NCBI RefSeq assembly: GCF_001194135.2
Contig: NC_068991.1
Location: forward strand, 8,814,930-8,878,929
Direction of reading: 5' to 3'
Source of the DNA: Octopus bimaculoides
Taxonomy: Eukaryota
DNA length: 64,000 nucleotides
Shown here: positions 1 to 11,036 of the stretch, in pieces
How the letters are laid out: each line of letters begins with the position of its first letter
Numbering within the stretch: the stretch's first letter is position 1
Made by a program: the position numbers and the translations under genes
Notes under the pieces: generated by a model
What the model was told of the DNA's origin: nothing
Databases searched by the model: none
Seen by the model: only the letters and a program-made list of their open reading frames with translations

Positions 1-371
1 CTGCCATTCTTTAAGTCTTAAAGTCTTGCGGATTATTATAGTTCCTGATACTGTGATCATTTGTAGAGTATGAATTAAGGATTTGTATTCTCTCCCCAAG
101 AAACCAAGTTCAGCTATACTTTAAAGCTCCAGACAGGTTGGTATGTATCTTGTTGCTTCAATAATAAAAGTTATGAAGCTGAAATTATATCTTGGGCTCT
201 GGATTTGCAAACTCCTTATTAATATGGTCCACAGATGTCCTCTTTCTTTTGTATTTTTCTAACCACATTAGTGTTTAGAGGGCGGCTGATTTCCACTACT
301 GAATCTATCTTCTCCTTACATATATACATGCATTTATGTATGTATAATGACTGACAAAGGGGACATGTAAC

Positions 372-490
372 CTTACTTGGAAACAGATGATGGTTGATGT
401 GAGGAATCTGGTCACAGAAAATCGTTTTCAACAAATTCCATCTGAAAGATGCAAACATGGAAAAGTGGATGGTAAAAATTTGATGGTGAT
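372..490 (+). mobile_element. 3' tail fragment of a dispersed retroposon family ('family C', RTE-like tail ending ...CATGGAAAAGTGGA...TGATG)
   Basis: The same tail motif recurs at 2581-2927(-), 6885-7050(-), 9290-9420(+), 9405-9660(-) and 27165-27380(+). Confidence 0.5.
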
Positions 491-494
491 CCAT

Positions 495-547
<53 letters not shown>

Positions 548-550
<3 letters not shown>

Positions 551-674
551 GGTGTCCACAAAGTCTGGGTAAATGGGGATTAACACATACTTTAAGGAAT
601 TATTATTTCATATATTTAATTGTTTATGTTATGATTTTATTTACTGCAGGTACCCAGACTTTGTGGACACCCTG
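548..674. mobile_element. Tc1/mariner-type MITE, 127 bp
   Basis: Perfect 24-bp TIRs CAGGGTGTCCACAAAGTCTGGGTA (548-571 / 651-674), TA on both flanks (546-547, 675-676), AT-rich non-coding interior. Confidence 0.9.
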
Positions 675-677
675 TAT

Positions 678-1064
678 AATACAAAGAAAATGGAGAATGC
701 ATACACAGAATAATCAATATATTTATTATAATAGTCAATTCATGTTGCTTGCACACATTTTGGTTTAATTACTTAAATCCATATTTATGCAATTAAATTG
801 CATTATGAATTTGGAAAAGCAAAAACCTTCATCAGGGCAAAAATTGACTGTTACTAAGGTAAAAATTGACTGTTATTTTACCTTAGTAACAGTAGATTTT
901 TTTTCCTTGATGAAGATTTTTGCTTTTCCAAATTTATAATGCAATTTAATTGCTTAAATATGGACTTAAGTAATGAAACTGAAACATGCGTAGGTAACAT
1001 GAATTGACTTTTATAATAAATATATTGATTATTTTGTGTATGCATTCTCCATTTTCTTTGTATT
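678..1064. repeat. 387-bp fold-back (long inverted repeat, arms of about 185 bp, loop of about 11 nt at 865-875)
   Basis: The left arm AATACAAAGAAAATGGAGAATGCATACAC... aligns along its whole length, with scattered mismatches, to the reverse complement of the right arm ending ...CATTCTCCATTTTCTTTGTATT. Confidence 0.9.
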
Positions 1065-1878
1065 GTTAGATATTTTTCTCATATATTGAAAAGATGTAAG
1101 CATCTGTAGTGACAACTGGAATTTCAAAAGTGTAAAGTAATAATATCCAAGAAGAACTAATGATAAGCACTAGTACATATGCACATGTGGAATTTCCAGT
1201 ATCGCTAATTGATATAGAACTAAACAGGCATATACTTGGATAAATATCCCTACGAAAGAACAACCTCTTTCCACATAGANNNNNNNNNNNNNNNNNNNNN
1301 NNNNNNNNNNNNNNNNNNNNNNNNNNNNNNNNNNNNNNNNNNNNNNNNNNNNNNNNNNNNNNNNNNNNNNNNNNNNNNNNNNNNNNNNNNNNNNNNNNNN
1401 NNNNNNNNNNNNNNNNNNNNNNNNNNNNNNNNNNNNNNNNNNNNNNNNNNNNNNNNNNNNNNNNNNNNNNNNNNNNNNNNNNNNNNNNNNNNNNNNNNNN
1501 NNNNNNNNNNNNNNNNNNNNNNNNNNNNNNNNNNNNNNNNNNNNNNNNNNNNNNNNNNNNNNNNNNNNNNNNNNNNNNNNNNNNNNNNNNNNNCATGAAC
1601 CTTGTTTTTTTTTCTCCCTAAAACTATATATTTATATTTTATACTGTGAAACTTGATTTAATTTTAATTTTTAATAAATTGATTTTAATTGAGTTTTTAC
1701 CTGTAATTTTGGATTTTATCCCTAATATTATTATTATTACGGAGATGCACTTGCATAGCAAGTGACCTGATCTGAGATCGTGTGCTGGAACGAAAACAAT
1801 TGCAGTGTGGAAGGTGTTTATAAGCCATTTAAAATAACACACAAAATCCGTTAGATTCACTTCAACATTTAAATTTAA

Positions 1879-1929
1879 TTTGTCAAAATATTTTCGTCGC
1901 TTTGAGACCGAGACCTGTTCACTGACAAA
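1879..1929 (-). ncRNA. Minimal type-I hammerhead ribozyme-like motif with G3:C8 swapped core (Penelope-like element remnant)
   Basis: Minus strand reads UUUGUCA-GUGAACA-G-GUCUC GGUCUCAAA GCGAC-GAA-AAUAUU-U-UGACAAA. 7-bp stem I, palindromic stem III, UUU cleavage triplet; stem II has one extra G and one mismatch. Confidence 0.6.
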
Positions 1930-1957
1930 ATTCTGAGAATTTTGTCAGTGAACAGGT
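1913..1957. repeat. Perfect 45-bp palindrome (22-bp arms) that creates a truncated inverted copy of the hammerhead 5' half
   Basis: ACCTGTTCACTGACAAAATTCT-G-AGAATTTTGTCAGTGAACAGGT. Confidence 0.95.
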
Positions 1958-2580
1958 TGTATTCCAACAATGAACATTATCCAAATCGGAATTTTCTTCA
2001 AACAGTAGGATGTTATTTAAAGAGGATTTAGCTATTATTTCTAGCAAGTTATACAACCAAGTAGTAACTCTCTCTCTCATCTGTTATTGTTGAATTGGTC
2101 CAATTCATTTCAAATAGCCAGACATTTTGTTTTATACCATTTTAAAATACTAATGAACTCTAAAGAAGTGCTTCCAATTCTATTTATAATCAATTATTTT
2201 AATTTGAACTTTCAATTTAATGAAAAATTTAAAATTATATCTTTTGCATTTTATTCTTTTTATGTCCATGTCTTGTGTGTGTTTGTGCCTTGGCACATCT
2301 GCCAGTTGAAGAATTTCGTTACTCTTTGATTCTTTTCTACTAGCAGAAAGACCAACCTCCAGGCAGTTTCATGCTAGTCCCTAAATAATACAGAGTCTGC
2401 CAAAAAAAACATGTATACACATTTCAGGAAAGGAAAAATCTGTATAGATATGTAACTTGTATAAGTACCCCTATAAATATCAATACCTCTTTTGATGTTT
2501 TATCAAATTGCAATAACACTGGATAAATTGCAATGATACTGAATTAAAATATTTATACATATTTTTCTTTTCCTGAAGTC

Positions 2581-2927
2581 ATCATCATCATCATCATCGT
2601 TTAACGTCCGCTTTCCATGCTAGCATGGGTTGGACGATTTGACTGAGGACTGGTGAAACCGGATGGCAACACCAGGCTCCAATCTAATTTGGCAGAGTTT
2701 CTACAGCTGGATGCCCTTCCTAACGCCAACCACTCAAAGAGTGTAGTGGGTGCTTTTACGTGCCACCCGCACGAAAATGGCCACGCTCGAAATGGTGTCT
2801 TTTATGTGCCACCCGCACAAGCCAGTCCAGGGGCACTAGCAACGATCTCACTCGAAAATCCTACGGGAGCCAGTCAGGCGGTACTGGCAACGGCCACGCT
2901 CAGAATGGTGCATCTCATGTGCCACCC
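2581..2927 (-). mobile_element. Family C retroposon (RTE-like 3' tail with (ATG)n end)
   Basis: The reverse complement ends ...CCCATGCTAGCATGGAAAGCGGACGTTAAACGATGATGATG; homologous to 6885-7050 and 9405-9660. Confidence 0.7.
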
Positions 2928-3109
2928 NNNNNNNNNNNNNNNNNNNNNNNNNNNNNNNNNNNNNNNNNNNNNNNNNNNNNNNNNNNNNNNNNNNNNNNNN
3001 NNNNNNNNNNNNNNNNNNNNNNNNNNNNNNNNNNNNNNNNNNNNNNNNNNNNNNNNNNNNNNNNNNNNNNNNNNNNNNNNNNNNNNNNNNNNNNNNNNNN
3101 NNNNNNNNN

Positions 3110-3300
3110 ATATATGTTTGTGTGTCTCTGTTTGTCCCCGCAACATCACTGACAACCGTTGCTGGTGTGTTTACATCCCCTTAACCTAGCAGTTTGGCAA
3201 AAGAGACTGATAGAATAAGTACTTTGCTTGACTAAAGGTGGTGCTCCAGCATTGCCATAGTCAAATGACTGAAATAAGTAAAAGAGTAGAAGAGTAAAGA
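3110..3300 (+). mobile_element. SINE family A, 3' half (5' half lost in gap)
   Basis: Matches the 3' part of the full-length copy at 3471-3895. Confidence 0.8.
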
Positions 3301-4063
3301 GAGAGATATCAGCAAAGAAATTAACTATTGGAAATTTATAACAGATTTCTTATTACACTCTGAAATGTGTAAGAGAGGAAAAAGACAAGATGGCATTCAA
3401 CTATGTTGCAGTGTTAAAAAATGCTACCTCACAGTGAAAACTAATTTCTATAATTAAAATCTTCAAAGTAGGCGCAGGAGTGGCTGTGTGGTAAGTAGCT
3501 TGCTTACCAACCACATGGTTCTGGGTTCAGTCCCACTGCGTGGCATCTTGGGCAAGTGTCTTCTACTGTAGCCTCAGGCCAACCAAAGCCTTGTGAGTGG
3601 ATTTGGTAGACGGAAACTGAAAGAAGCCCGTCGTTTATATGTATATATATATTTATATATATATATATGTGCGTGTGTGTGTTTGTGTGTCTGTGTTTGT
3701 CCCCCTAGCATTGCTTGACAACCGATGCTGGTGTGTTTATGTCCCCGTAACTTAGTGGTTCGGCAAAAGAGACCGATAAAATAAGTACTAGGCTTACAAA
3801 GAATAAGTCCCAGGATCGATTTGCTCAACTAAAGTCGGTGCTCCAGCATTGCCACAGTCAAATGACTGAAACAAGTAAAAGAGTAGAAGAGTAAAGAGAG
3901 AGATATCAGCAAAGAAATTAACTATTGGAAATTTATAACAGATTTCTTATTACACTCTGAAATGTGTAAGAGAGGAAAAAGACAAGATGGCATTCAACTG
4001 TGCTGCAGTGTTAAAAAATGCTACCTCACAGTGAAAACTAATTTCTATAATTGAAATCTTCAA
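3240..4063 (+). repeat. 227-bp direct duplication (3240-3466 and 3837-4063) of SINE tail plus unique flank
   Basis: Copies differ at 5 positions, all transitions; no N gap between them. Confidence 0.9.
3471..3895 (+). mobile_element. SINE family A, full length: tRNA-like head, CORE-like body, internal (TA/TG)n, 3' module
   Basis: Head GGCGCAGGAGTGGCTGTGTGGTAAG with B-box-like GGGTTCAGTCCC; near-identical copies at 18506-18912, 23956-24295 and 57651-57980. Confidence 0.9.
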
Positions 4064-4380
4064 TGATAAAAGAAACTTCAAAGGATATTAAATTTGGATT
4101 TAAGTATTTTCTTCACACTGTAGATTGTAAAAGGTGCTTTCTTTTACTAAAAAATAATAAATAAGGAGCCTTCTCTATTATAAGTACAGATGTTTTATGT
4201 AAAGCTGGTTGTTTTTGTTTCTTTGTAGCAAGGAAATGCACAGTTAGCTTTGGTCTTAACCAATGAGCTTTTGGAAATTGGTATGTATTCTAATTTGTAT
4301 TACTAATTTGAGTTACTAAATTGTATGCTCTCTCTCTCACATACACAAACTCTATTTCACTTCCACAATCTATCTTTCTA

Positions 4381-4433
<53 letters not shown>

Positions 4434-4743
4434 TTATGTGTGCATGTATTTCTGTATGTGTTTACACACACACACACAGACACACTCACATATACTTATA
4501 TATTTCGCTGTCATCATCACTGTCATTTTAATGTCCTCTTTTCCAAGATCCTGGTGGCAGGTTCACTCAACTCTTTTTGCTGATTCTACTAAATAACACA
4601 AGTTTTGGCAATGCAGACAAACACCAGTGTGTTTGGAGTCTGTTTGATTTTATATACATGTGTGTGTGTGAGTGTGTTATACATATATATATATGTACAC
4701 ACATACGTATGTGTGTGTGTGTGTATGTATACATATATATATT

Positions 4744-4775
<32 letters not shown>

Positions 4776-4841
4776 CACACATATATATATTCACATACAT
4801 ATACATGCATATATATATATATACACATGCACACACATATA

Positions 4842-4875
<34 letters not shown>

Positions 4876-4975
4876 NNNNNNNNNNNNNNNNNNNNNNNNN
4901 NNNNNNNNNNNNNNNNNNNNNNNNNNNNNNNNNNNNNNNNNNNNNNNNNNNNNNNNNNNNNNNNNNNNNNNNNNN

Positions 4976-5115
4976 AGTTTCCGTCTACCAAATCCACTCA
5001 CAAGGTTTTGGTCGGCCCGAGGTTACAGCGCAAGACACTTGCTCAAGGTGCCATGTAGTAGGACTGAACCCAAAACCATGTGGTTGGGAAGCAAGCTTCT
5101 TAGCACACGTCAGTG
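4976..5115 (-). mobile_element. SINE family A, 5' part
   Basis: Reverse complement of the head and CORE-like region of family A, next to a gap. Confidence 0.8.
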
Positions 5116-5167
5116 CCTATATACATACATATACATACATACATATATGTATGTATGTATGTATGTA

Positions 5168-5202
<35 letters not shown>

Positions 5203-5495
5203 AGACCAGATGTAAGACCTAAAAAAAATTAAGTCAGAACATGCAATTTTAAAACTTGAAGCCGTATATTTCAATTAAGTTACAAGTAATACCTCGAGAC
5301 CTACTTTCCATCTGTTTCCGGCTGTCTCACATAAAAATGAAATTTATATTAAAATCTGATTTGATATTTACATTCATTTACATATCTTAAGGCTGTATGG
5401 CATGCCATGCATTCATGCAAGAAATAGTATGTATACATGTGTGTGTGTGTGCGCACATATATTTATGTATGCATGTATGTATGAATGTATGTATG

Positions 5496-5528
<33 letters not shown>

Positions 5529-6296
5529 NNNNNNNNNNNNNNNNNNNNNNNNNNNNNNNNNNNNNNNNNNNNNNNNNNNNNNNNNNNNNNNNNNNNNNNN
5601 NNNNNNNNNNNNNNNNNNNNNNNNNNNNNNNNNNNNNNNNNNNNNNNNNNNNNNNNNNNNNNNNNNNNNNNNNNNNNNNNNNNNNNNNNNNNNNNNNNNN
5701 NNNNNNNNNNNNNNNNNNNNNNNNNNNNNNNNNNNNNNNNNNNNNNNNNNNNNNNNNNNNNNNNNNNNNNNNNNNNNNNNNNNNNNNNNNNNNNNNNNNN
5801 NNNNNNNNNNNNNNNNNNNNNNNNNNNNNNNNNNNNNNNNNNNNNNNNNNNNNNNNNNNNNNNNNNNNNNNNNNNNNNNNNNNNNNNNNNNNNNNNNNNN
5901 NNNNNNNNNNNNNNNNNNNNNNNNNNNNNNNNNNNNNNNNNNNNNNNNNNNNNNNNNNNNNNNNNNNNNNNNNNNNNNNNNNNNNNNNNNNNNNNNNNNN
6001 NNNNNNNNNNNNNNNNNNNNNNNNNNNNNNNNNNNNNNNNNNNNNNNNTACATACATATATATATATATAATTATTAGCTATTCATGTCTGATGATGAGC
6101 CTTTTGTGCCTGAAGTACATAAAGGTTATTTAACTTATCTGTCCTACATTGTAGGAAATACTCCATTTTCATTATTTGTTATTTTACTTCTGTATTACAA
6201 TACTTCAAGTAAACAACAACCCTTTTCTTTCATATGTGTGTATGTATATGTCTGTGTCTGTTTGTATTATGTATGTCTCTATGTATGCACACATAT

Positions 6297-6380
<84 letters not shown>

Positions 6381-6619
6381 ATACACATACATGATTGACT
6401 TTCACACAGACTGTTTCTGTCTGTGAAATTCACTCACAATGCATTGAGTGGCATTGGGCCTATTCTAGAAGACACTTTTTGAATGTGCTATGCTGTAGGA
6501 CAGAATGCAAAACCATATGATTTCAAAGAAAGATTCTTAACCACATAGCCATGTTTACATACATATATATTAATTAATTAGTTAATTACACACACCACAG
6601 TATATATAGTAAATTCTCA

Positions 6620-6880
6620 GGTGATCCTGTCTCTTTAAAGCACCTGTACATTGAGTATCTTTAATACCATGATGTTGACTGGATCTTTGAGTTTTATCTC
6701 TCTCAGTTTATGTCCTCAGATTTCACTGTCCTCAGATTGACACCTAAACACTCTGAAACCTTCATATTGGAGCTTCCGGTGCGAATGCCAAGCTGTACAG
6801 CAGGTCATTTCCAAATTTCTGGCAGTGGATTGCATCATGGTGCTGTTTTTCTCACAGATGGTATCCAACTGCCCTTATAA
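6620..6880 (-). mobile_element. Degenerate, internally deleted maT/DD37D-family transposon fragment
   Basis: Homologous to 32700-32860 (GTTTCCAAATTTCTG...CATGGTGCTGTTTTTCT); translation includes IRTGSSNMKVSECLGVNLRTV joined to the PVNIMV region. Confidence 0.55.
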
Positions 6881-6884
6881 TACT

Positions 6885-7330
6885 CCAATTTAATCTGGCA
6901 GAGTTTCTACAGCTGGATGCCCTTCCTAATGCCAACCACTCCGAGAGTGTAGTGGGTGCTTTTACGTGCCACCGGCATGAAGGCCAGTCAGGCAGTACTG
7001 GCAACGGCCTCGCTCAAAAGGTGTTTTTTACGTGCCACCTGCACGGGAGCCACTAGCATGGAAGCCAGACAGCTGGTCTGGCAATGGACACGCTCGGACA
7101 GTGCTGTTAGTGCTCCACTGGCGCAGGTGCCAGTCATTGAATATGGTTCAATTTCGATTTCGATTTCACCTGCCCCAACAGGTCTTCGCAAGCAGAGTTT
7201 AGTGTCCAATGATGGAGAGGTTGGCATGGGTGCCAGTCGTCGGATTCGGTTCGATTTCGATTTCAGATTTCAAATTCACTTGCCTCAACAGTTCTTCGCA
7301 AGCAGAGTTTAGTGTCCAATGAAGTAAAGA
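6885..7330 (-). mobile_element. Family C retroposon with internal tandem duplication of about 105 bp
   Basis: CGATTTCGATTTCA...CAACAG(G/T)TCTTCGCAAGCAGAGTTTAGTGTCCAATGA occurs twice (about 7150-7212 and 7255-7322). Confidence 0.65.
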
Positions 7331-7475
7331 TACGAATAAGTGAGCTGGCTACACTTCTAGCAGAGGCCACAGATTATGCTCTCACTTGCCTTGCTGGGTC
7401 TTCTCACCTACTGCATATTTCCAAAGATCCCGGTCACTAGTCATTGCCTCGGTGAGGCCTAAAGTTCGAAGGCCA

Positions 7476-7510
<35 letters not shown>

Positions 7511-7620
7511 AAAGTAAGCACATAAATGTGCAACAAGGTGGAAAAAAGAGTACTCAAATACCAGAGGTAGAGTAATATGTTCGGAGTTTCATGTTCCTGT
7601 TCATCGGACAGTTTTGTTAG

Positions 7621-7666
7621 AAAACTGTCCAATGAATGGGAACATGAAACTCCGAGTAACAGTTTT
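7621..7666 (+). ncRNA. Minimal type-I hammerhead-like motif (core CCAAUGA, probably inactivated at G5) with a truncated inverted copy at 7581-7615
   Basis: AAAACUGU-CCAAUGA-AUG GGAA CAU-GAA-ACUC C GAGU-A-ACAGUUUU: perfect 8-bp stem I, palindromic stem III, GUA triplet. The inverted copy keeps CCGAUGA. Confidence 0.7.
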
Positions 7667-7999
7667 TTGTTATATTACTGCTGCTTTTAAATAAAGTATA
7701 TATATATATATATTCTTACATATATGCACACACCTACCCATGTTAATGATGTGTGTGAATGCATGTGTGTGTGTGGGGAGGGGTGCATGTGTGCGTGCGT
7801 GCGTGTGTGTTAGAGTGTTTCTCATAAAAGACTTCCTTCCGTATAGCTCAATTGAATTAACAAGTATGTTTTCAAGGACAAACAGATGGAAAAGAACTGC
7901 TCAACCTCTGCGATCCTTCAAAGATTAAATTTTAGATTTGAAAGATATACATAACACATTTGTTCTAAATACCATGGCTAAAGTGACACTTGTATAGGC

Positions 8000-8056
<57 letters not shown>

Positions 8057-9104
8057 GGTGGTGGTGGTNNNNNNNNNNNNNNNNNNNNNNNNNNNNNNNN
8101 NNNNNNNNNNNNNNNNNNNNNNNNNNNNNNNNNNNNNNNNNNNNNNNNNNNNNNNNNNNNNNNNNNNNNNNNNNNNNNNNNNNNNNNNNNNNNNNNNNNN
8201 NNNNNNNNNNNNNNNNNNNNNNNNNNNNNNNNNNNNNNNNNNNNNNNNNNNNNNNNNNNNNNNNNNNNNNNNNNNNNNNNNNNNNNNNNNNNNNNNNNNN
8301 NNNNNNNNNNNNNNNNNNNNNNNNNNNNNNNNNNNNNNNNNNNNNNNNNNNNNNNNNNNNNNNNNNNNNNNNNNNNNNNNNNNNNNNNNNNNNNNNNNNN
8401 NNNNNNNNNNNNNNNNNNNNNNNNNNNNNNNNNNGTGGTGGTGGTGGTGGTCGTGGTGGTGGAGGTGATGGTGGTGGTGGCGGTAGTCTTGGTATTGGTA
8501 TTGGAATTCTGTCGATGGTAGTGACTGTAATTGTCATGGTCATAGTTGGTGGCATCGATAGACGTCGTACCGATAGTAACGACAGCAAGGCAATGGAGTC
8601 TGTGGGGAATCATAATGATGGTGGCATGTATATGTAATTGATGAGGATGATGTTGGTGGCATTGACGATGGTGTGGATTACCAGAGCACATTAGCAAATA
8701 ATGTCGTATCCTACTTATTTCAATTTTTAGTTCAATGGAAGTGGTTTCGAGAAATTCAAATATTTCAAGTGACTTAGTTACGTCTGCTCAAATCAAGCCA
8801 CAGCAGAAAATTGGCAGATTTAAGATTTGGAAGTATCACAGTCAAGAATTTGCTCTTTAACCCTTTTGGTATGATATTTCTGTTGAAATACACTGCCTTT
8901 GAATCCATTGATTTTATTTTTTTAAAAATGAAGAATTTAGTAAAATAACTTTGTCATTAATTAATCTGGTGTTTGGACCATAAACTGACATGAACTTTTG
9001 ATGGAAGGTTTTTAATTGAGATCACTTTAACACTTTTGTTGTTATATTTCTGTTGAAATACATTACCTTGTTGCAATTAATATTTAAAAATTAAGGCGTT
9101 GAGC

Positions 9105-9660
9105 TGACAGAAACGTTAGCATGTCGGGAGAGAAAACAGATGGAGATAGGAAAATATGTCTGAGTGAATGGTTTCTGCATGTTGGACTAACTGGAAGAAG
9201 AAAGATTTGGCTGGAGTATCAACAACATACAAGCAGTGTCATTTCTTTAATTCTTCCTTCAAAACATGTCAAGTGATAAGGAAATTGGTGAGGGCTGGCA
9301 TCAGGAAGGGTATCCTGTCAAAAACTCTGCCTTGGTACATTCCTCCTAACCCATGCAAGCATGGAAAAGTGGATGTTAGCAAAACGATGATGATAATTAT
9401 CATCGGTATCATAATCTAATGTCTGTTTTCCATGTTAGCATGGGTTAGATGGTTTGACAGAGCTGGCAAGCCAGAGGGCTGCACAGGTTCCAATTGTCTG
9501 TTTTGACATGGTTGGATGCCTTTCCTAACATCAACCATTTTAGAGTACTGGATGCATGGGCTCTTTTACACAGCACCAGCACTTTGACATGATGCTGGCA
9601 CAGGTACTTTTACGTGGACTTGCATGGGCATTTTCATGTGGCACCGGCATGGATGCTACT
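9105..9660. mobile_element. Two family C elements tail-to-tail (+ ending about 9400, - starting about 9405); the left one begins with a family B-like head
   Basis: CCCATGCAAGCATGGAAAAGTGGATGTT...GATGATGAT is followed directly by the reverse-complement tail TTTTCCATGTTAGCATGGGTT. Confidence 0.6.
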
Positions 9661-10183
9661 ATGCGACACTGGCATTAGTACTTTTTACATGACACCAGCT
9701 CCTGGGAGCCCTCAACACAAAGCTGAGATGTACGTAGAGAACATGACAGGATGTACAAATAGCCACAGTTTTACTTAACTTGTCATGGCTTCTCAAGCAC
9801 AGCAAACCTGCCAGAAGTCTCAGACCTGTAAAAGGTTTGATAGTTGTCATAGAGACTTTAGTCTCTCTCTATCACCTTTCAACAGCATTATATATGAAGA
9901 GACATTAGAACAATTAACAATATAATAAAAAGGTTTTATTTTTGATGATGCTTGGTTTCACAATTCCTGTCATTCAGCTTAGCAGCCGCTGATTGAATTG
10001 TAGTTTGGTATTGGAAGGTTAAGGGCTTCCTTGATGCCTGCCAGAAAAGCAAGTAGCTATCACCATCGAAGGCATCGTGGTGAAGAGTGCTTCGTTGAGG
10101 AGCAAGGAGTTGTCACGTAGAAGGTCTGTCGTGCAACTGTCTGAGAAAATGAAACTCACTCTTTAAGTACCAGTTCTACTACA

Positions 10184-10269
10184 CATGCGCACTCGAGGGG
10201 CTTCCAGTGGTGAAGTCCCCTGCGCATGCGCAGAATAGTACTTCCTCAATGGCGGCTATAATTTCGCGC
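10184..10269. promoter_or_regulatory. CpG-rich cluster of NRF1-like (TGCGCATGCGCA 10221-10232), YY1-like (AATGGCGGC 10248-10256) and E2F-like (TTTCGCGC 10262-10269) motifs
   Basis: Motifs seen directly in an otherwise CpG-poor background; no linked exon identified. Confidence 0.35.
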
Positions 10270-10996
10270 CACTACAGACCCTTGTCATCTCCTCTGTGAG
10301 GCTTAATGTTTAAACATCATTTCTCACCTCTTCCTGAGTCTAGCCCTTCCACAGGTTCCTTCCACAATTAGAGATCAGCACTTCTTTATGTAGCTGTTCG
10401 CATCCATAACAACCATGTGGTCATACTGGAGCAGTTCTTCTCTCTTGCAATACTTGATGATAATAACACTTTATGGTTAAATAGCTTGGCTGTTGGCTGT
10501 AATTTTGAATTACATGACGAATTCCTACAACAGCTAATGAAGAGCTGTTGATGGAGACAATTAACTCGTAATCACTTATGTAATTGATGAAAAACAATAG
10601 GAATTCCTACTTTAACAGTTGAGTATCTGCTGAAGGGAAGGATACCACCTCCGTTCTCCCACACCGGCAATCGACCTTGTCATCTCTGAGAGTGACATAT
10701 GTATTGGGTTAATTATTTATAAGCTTAGAATTAATAGCATTTAAGTATATCAACAAAAAGCTGGATGTCAAATATACTCACACATGCACATACACATACA
10801 TATGTATACACACACACTCAAACATACAAACAAATATTTCTACACACACCATATATATATATACGTACTTCCACATGTATATGCACAGACACATGTACAT
10901 ATGTGTATACGTGCATATATGTATGCATATATATATATATATATATATAGACACACGCACACACACACACATATATATATATATACACACACATAC

Positions 10997-11036
<40 letters not shown>

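Noticed and set aside
2644-2670. CUGAGGA..GAAA inside a family C element
   Set aside because: No stem II pairing, and no matching motif noticed in the other family C copies.
4321-6433. Many ORFs rich in YI/CV/HT dipeptides or X
   Set aside because: Translations of (TA)n, (TG)n and (CA)n microsatellites and N gaps. The same applies to similar ORFs at 10.7-13, 25.5-27.2, 35.6-39.8 and 53.3-53.8 kb.
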